From the NCBI GenBank assembly GCA_902578495.1, contig CACHCY010000001.1:187975-251974 (forward strand): a DNA stretch of 64,000 bases, written 5' to 3'. A model generated the notes under the pieces. That model was given only the letters and a program-made list of their open reading frames with translations. It was not told where the DNA came from and ran no database searches. The stretch is from an uncultured SAR86 cluster bacterium (GTDB lineage: Bacteria; Pseudomonadota; Gammaproteobacteria; Magnimaribacterales; AG-339-G14). The translations under genes and the position numbers were made by a program. Below, in pieces: positions 59,619 through 64,000 of the stretch. Position 1 is the first letter of the stretch, and each line of letters begins with the position of its first letter.

Positions 59619-61997
59619 TTAGAATTGTGTGCCAATTTCAAATTGAAACTGCTCTATTTCTTCCAGAGGATCCCTGTTAAATACTTGAGAAATTGCAAAT
59701 GACAATGGACCTAGTTGTGTAATCCAAGTCACAGCTAGACCAACGGAGTATCTAAGGTTTTTAGTGTCGAATTTAAAGCAATTTCTTTCGTATGCTTTAC
59801 AGCCATCGCTAAATACATTTCCATAATCAAAGAAGACAGAACTTCTTACAGACCGAGTATCTTGGCTGATAGGTAACGGAAATATCCAGTCTACTCCACC
59901 TTCTAGAGAATATTGTCCGCCGATAGGTCTTCTCTCATAAAAGTAATAAGGATTTGGGATTGGGTTTCCATCTGAATCGGTGACGATTTGGCCATTTGAA
60001 TCAATAACATATTCACTAGCTTCCGACCTTGGTCCTAGGGTATTTGCTCTAAATCCACGAACTGAGTTCATTCCACCGGCATAGAAATGTTCAAAAAATG
60101 GAGGTGTAGAAGTATCTCCGTATGCTGCAAGGATTCCGATCTGATTTCTAAAAGAAAAGACCCAATCATTTCCCATAGGAGCATAATATTTCATTCTATA
60201 AATTAGTTTTCCATAATTTAAGCTACTGCCAGGAAGAGAGGTTTGGATACTTACTGCATGCGATTGACCGGCTGTGGGAAAAATACCTCTATTTAGAGTA
60301 ACTCTAGACCATGTAGTGGTTAATTTATAAGTCTCAAACGTATCTCCTTCCTGATTAACAAAATCATTCAATTGCAAAGAAGAGAAATTACCCGCATCTA
60401 ATTTAGTATTATCGTAGGAGATATTGAGATTTAATCTTTCAATTTCACTTATAGGGAAACCAAATTGAGCTCCTAAACCGTAAGAATCTGTTGAGTAAGA
60501 AGCAAGATTGTAAGAACCAAAATCAGATGATCGGTAAAAGGCGTTATACCCGAGACTTACTGCATCAATGGTGTAATAAGGATCAAAAAAGTTGAAGTTA
60601 TAACTGGTTTGCCAAGCATTCTTATTGATTCCTAATACTAATCTGTTACCCGTTCCAAAAGCATTATTCTCGGAGTAGTTTGCACCCAAGGTAAGACCCC
60701 ATGCACCATATCCAATTGATCCTCCAATAGAACCAGAGAATTCTTCTTCTACGGTGTATTCAATGTCTACTTGATCACTAATCCCTGGCACTGGCTTGGT
60801 TTCAACCTCAACTTGTTTAAAAAAACCTAATCTTTCTAAACGAAGTTTTGAATTTTCAATTAATGCATTAGAAGCCCATGCTCCCTCCATTTGTCGCATC
60901 TCTCTTCTAAGGACAACATCATAAGTCCTTTCGTTTCCAATAAATTCAATCCTTCTCACGTAAGTCCTTTGGCCAGGCTCGACAAAAAAAGTAAGATCTA
61001 CCGCTTGTTCATCTTCCAAGATTTCAGGCACTCCGGATACTTCTGCGAAAGCATATCCTTCATTTCCAAGAGTATTTGTAATAAATTCTTCTGATGCCGT
61101 TACGAGCTCCTGAGAGAATACTGTATCTGGCTTTACGAAAATTAAGTTTCTTAGATTATCTTTTGATAAAGGAAGATCGCCTGCTAATTTTGTTTCTTTT
61201 ACTTTATAAACTCCTCCTTCTCTTACTCCTATAGTTATAAAAACCGATTTTTTATCTGGAGATACGCTGACAACTCTGGAGTCAATTGAGAATTTGACGT
61301 AACCACGATTTTTGTAGAAGGACTCGAGTGATTCTAAGTCTCCTCTCAACTTTTCTTGAGCATATTTATTGTCATTCGTAATGAAAGATAACCAATTTCC
61401 TTTGCTCAGCTCAAAACCTCTCAAAAGTTCTTCATCCGTAAACGTCTGATTACCGACGATATTTATATCTTTAATTTGAGCCACTTCGCCCTCATCAACT
61501 TCGATTAAGATTGCAACTCTGTTCCTTGGTAGATTATTACTTTCTACCTTAACTTTTGCGCCGTATCTACCCTGAGCAACGTATTGTCGTTCTAGCTCTA
61601 CACTTAACCCTTCTACAATTGATCTTCTATAAAGTTGGCCCTCGTATAAATCAGAGTTTCTTAGCCCTTCAAGTAATGCATCAGTCTTTATTGCCTTGTT
61701 ACCTTGAATATCTATAGATGCAATGGAAGGCCTTTCAACCAAGTTAATTAGTAAGGCTCCTCCATCCCTTCCAATTTCTATATCATCAAATTTACCAGTA
61801 TTAAAAATTGACTTTGCAACAAGTTGAATCTCTCTTAGATCTATTTCGTCACCCACAGATACTGGCATCGAGGCAAACACTGATCCTGCTGAAACTCTCT
61901 GAAGGCCAGTAACTCTTATGTCTTCAATTATCCAAGAATCTGCAAAAGTGCCAACAGAATATAAAAATAGAAAAAAGGATAATAATCTTCTCATCAA
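59619..61997 (-). CDS. bamA: outer membrane protein assembly factor BamA
   Basis: 792 aa. Signal peptide, five POTRA-like repeats, and a C-terminal beta-barrel ending FEIGTQF. Confidence 0.95.
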   Translation of the reverse strand: MMRRLLSFFLFLYSVGTFADSWIIEDIRVTGLQRVSAGSVFASMPVSVGDEIDLREIQLVAKSIFNTGKFDDIEIGRDGGALLINLVERPSIASIDIQGNKAIKTDALLEGLRNSDLYEGQLYRRSIVEGLSVELERQYVAQGRYGAKVKVESNNLPRNRVAILIEVDEGEVAQIKDINIVGNQTFTDEELLRGFELSKGNWLSFITNDNKYAQEKLRGDLESLESFYKNRGYVKFSIDSRVVSVSPDKKSVFITIGVREGGVYKVKETKLAGDLPLSKDNLRNLIFVKPDTVFSQELVTASEEFITNTLGNEGYAFAEVSGVPEILEDEQAVDLTFFVEPGQRTYVRRIEFIGNERTYDVVLRREMRQMEGAWASNALIENSKLRLERLGFFKQVEVETKPVPGISDQVDIEYTVEEEFSGSIGGSIGYGAWGLTLGANYSENNAFGTGNRLVLGINKNAWQTSYNFNFFDPYYTIDAVSLGYNAFYRSSDFGSYNLASYSTDSYGLGAQFGFPISEIERLNLNISYDNTKLDAGNFSSLQLNDFVNQEGDTFETYKLTTTWSRVTLNRGIFPTAGQSHAVSIQTSLPGSSLNYGKLIYRMKYYAPMGNDWVFSFRNQIGILAAYGDTSTPPFFEHFYAGGMNSVRGFRANTLGPRSEASEYVIDSNGQIVTDSDGNPIPNPYYFYERRPIGGQYSLEGGVDWIFPLPISQDTRSVRSSVFFDYGNVFSDGCKAYERNCFKFDTKNLRYSVGLAVTWITQLGPLSFAISQVFNRDPLEEIEQFQFEIGTQF

Positions 61998-63325
61998 AAA
62001 ATCCTAGAAAGGTCATTAAAAAAGGTAAAGATCATAAGACATACAATAAATGCAATACCTAGCCTATAGGATATTCCTACAAAGTTTTCAGAAAGAGGTG
62101 AACCTTTTATTTTTTCTAAAGTCATCATTACGGCTTGGCCGCCATCCAGAACAGGAATAGGCAATAGATTGATGATACCTAATCCGATGCTGATAAGAGC
62201 CATCAACATTAAGAAAGAAAAGAGACCCCCATATTTAATTGAATCTCCTGCATATTGACCAATCATAACCGGGCCACCTAGATTTCTAGGCGAAATCAAG
62301 CCTTGCACCATCTTTTTTAGAAAAATTAATGATTCTGCAGATTTGGAATAGGTATCCTTAAAGGCTTTAACTGAACCTTCAAGAAGACCGTACCTTTTTT
62401 TTATAATCGAAGATGGAAGAATCTTCAAATTTGCTGCTATTCCAATTAACCATGCAGCTTCAGGAGATTCTCTATATTCAGGCTGAACAAGATAATCAAG
62501 GTTGGAATTATTTCTTGAAATACTTACCAATATTTCTTTTCCTTCAGATGAATTGATAAAAAATTTAAGATCTTCCCAAGATTGTATTTCATTGAAATCG
62601 ATAGCATTAATTTTATCGCCAATCATTAATCCAGAATTTTCAGCCGGTCCGTTTTCTGTCATTTGAGCAATGATTATTTCCGAAGGTAGATACATTCCTA
62701 GATCTCTCATTAGGTCATTTGGTTCCTGTCCCTTTAGCCACTCAGATATATATATCTGGTGCGATGAAGTAGCGCCTTGAAAATCTACAGTTTCAATATT
62801 TATGATGCCAGTTTCCCCGAGTCGTCTTAACAAGGCAGATTGAACCTCCATTCTGGTTTCAACAAAAGAATCATCAATACGTTTTATCTTGGTTCCTGAT
62901 TCTATTCCAGCGTTATAAGCAGGACTGTCTTTTTTAACCTGCCCGATGTCAGAGGATATTTCTTGAATTCCATAAAGGTTCAAACCGGCAAAGATTATGA
63001 AAGCTAAAATAAAATTAGCCATAGGACCAGCGAGAACTATGAATAATCTCTGATGATATGGTTTTGACTGAAAGGAATCTTTTTCAGAGGAGTCCTCACC
63101 TTCCCCTAGCATTTGTACGAATCCTCCGATTGGTAAAATTCTTATGTTGTAATTTGTCTGATACTTATCCTGTTTCTGTAAGATTGATGGTCCCATACCT
63201 ATTGAGAAATCTAAAACTTTTACTCTGCAAATTCTTGCAGCAAAAAAATGACCAGACTCATGAATAATGGTTATTACCGAAATCAGTACAACAAAGGCTA
63301 TTAAGTAAGTTAGAACAGCTGTCAT
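61994..63325 (-). CDS. rseP: RIP zinc metalloprotease RseP
   Basis: 443 aa. HESGHF zinc motif, PDZ regions, and C-terminal NLLPIPVLDGG. Confidence 0.93.
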   Translation of the reverse strand: MTAVLTYLIAFVVLISVITIIHESGHFFAARICRVKVLDFSIGMGPSILQKQDKYQTNYNIRILPIGGFVQMLGEGEDSSEKDSFQSKPYHQRLFIVLAGPMANFILAFIIFAGLNLYGIQEISSDIGQVKKDSPAYNAGIESGTKIKRIDDSFVETRMEVQSALLRRLGETGIINIETVDFQGATSSHQIYISEWLKGQEPNDLMRDLGMYLPSEIIIAQMTENGPAENSGLMIGDKINAIDFNEIQSWEDLKFFINSSEGKEILVSISRNNSNLDYLVQPEYRESPEAAWLIGIAANLKILPSSIIKKRYGLLEGSVKAFKDTYSKSAESLIFLKKMVQGLISPRNLGGPVMIGQYAGDSIKYGGLFSFLMLMALISIGLGIINLLPIPVLDGGQAVMMTLEKIKGSPLSENFVGISYRLGIAFIVCLMIFTFFNDLSRIF

Positions 63326-63327
63326 GG

Positions 63328-64000
63328 TTAGAAAGTATATATCTCTGCATAAACTTTAGCCTGTTTTTTAGACAAGGCTTCTAAATGCAGGATTTCGTCA
63401 ACAGTATCAAATTTTATATTTATGTCTAGATTATCTTTCGCATCAAAAGCATGACTAATCAATTGAAAGATATCAAGGTAATTTATTTTTTCTTGCAAGA
63501 AAAGATCAACCGCAACTTCATTGAATGAATTTAGAATTAAGGGAAAGCTCCCTCCTAAAGATAAAGCTTTTTTTGCGTAATCTAAAGTTGGAAATTTTTT
63601 ATGGTCAGGCTCAAAAAAATTTAAAGAGAGATCAGAAAAAGATAGTCTTTCTATCCCAGATTCAAGCCTGCTAGGAAATCCTAATCCATATGATATTGAG
63701 GCTTTCATATCGGGTGCTGATAAATTAGAAAGTATAGAGCCATCCTTAAACTCAACCATTGAGTGAACAATATGTTGAGGGTGAATCACAACGTCTATTT
63801 TACTAGCATCTACCCCAAATAAAACCGATGCCTCTATGATCTCTAAAGATTTATTCATCAAAGTTGAAGAATCAATTGATATTTTTTCTCCCATTTTCCA
63901 AATAGGATGATTCAGTGCATCTTGGACAGTTATCTTTTCAAAAGATTCAATTTTTTTATCCCAAAATGGACCACCTGAGCAACATAATATGATTTTATTT
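63328..64000 (-). CDS. dxr: 1-deoxy-D-xylulose 5-phosphate reductoisomerase, C-terminal part (5' end outside window)
   Basis: The reading frame stays open upstream of the listed Met to the window edge (..ILCCSGGPFWDKKIESFEKITVQDALNHPIWKMGEKISIDSSTLMNKSLEIIEA..), which matches DXR motifs. Confidence 0.9.
   Translation of the reverse strand, partial: NKIILCCSGGPFWDKKIESFEKITVQDALNHPIWKMGEKISIDSSTLMNKSLEIIEASVLFGVDASKIDVVIHPQHIVHSMVEFKDGSILSNLSAPDMKASISYGLGFPSRLESGIERLSFSDLSLNFFEPDHKKFPTLDYAKKALSLGGSFPLILNSFNEVAVDLFLQEKINYLDIFQLISHAFDAKDNLDINIKFDTVDEILHLEALSKKQAKVYAEIYTF

Overview
This is an AT-rich, very gene-dense chromosomal segment of a Gammaproteobacterium. Gene order matches Pseudomonas and E. 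coli core clusters: prfA-prmC-moeB; lolB-ispE-tRNAGln-prs-rplY-pth-ychF; carAB-greA-rlmE-ftsH-folP-glmM-tpiA-secG-tRNALeu-tRNAfMet-rimP-nusA-infB-rbfA-truB-rpsO-pnp; lptFG/pepA-holC-valS; dxr-rseP-bamA-skp-lpxD-fabZ-lpxA-lpxB-rnhB-dnaE-accA-tilS. A streamlined marine lineage is inferred from AT richness and compaction only. I call 63 CDS (two truncated by the window edges, one small ORF missing from the supplied track) and 4 tRNAs (Gln-UUG, elongator Met-CAU, initiator fMet-CAU, Leu-GAG). I found no rRNA, CRISPR array, IS/transposase, integrase, prophage gene or recognisable defence system, so the window is mostly ordinary housekeeping DNA. The points worth a second look are these. (1) A signal-peptide-less GH84/O-GlcNAcase-like enzyme is translationally coupled to moeB. 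(2) An operon encodes a POT transporter, a small lipoprotein and a Cys-rich Fn3 protein. (3) A cold-shock domain appears fused to two N-terminal transmembrane helices. (4) A 53-codon two-TM ORF is coupled to dapD. (5) A hairpin followed by a U9 terminator-like element sits directly in front of carA, next to a perfect palindrome. (6) Four convergent gene pairs share interlocked stop codons (YTAR, 4-nt overlap), and no convergent junction has room for an intrinsic terminator. (7) A tightly coupled unit encodes an aldo-keto reductase, a GNAT, an unknown anchored protein and a HupE-like protein. (8) A possible minimal psi subunit (holD) lies upstream of rimI. All functional calls rest on by-eye motif and synteny recognition; no database search was run.
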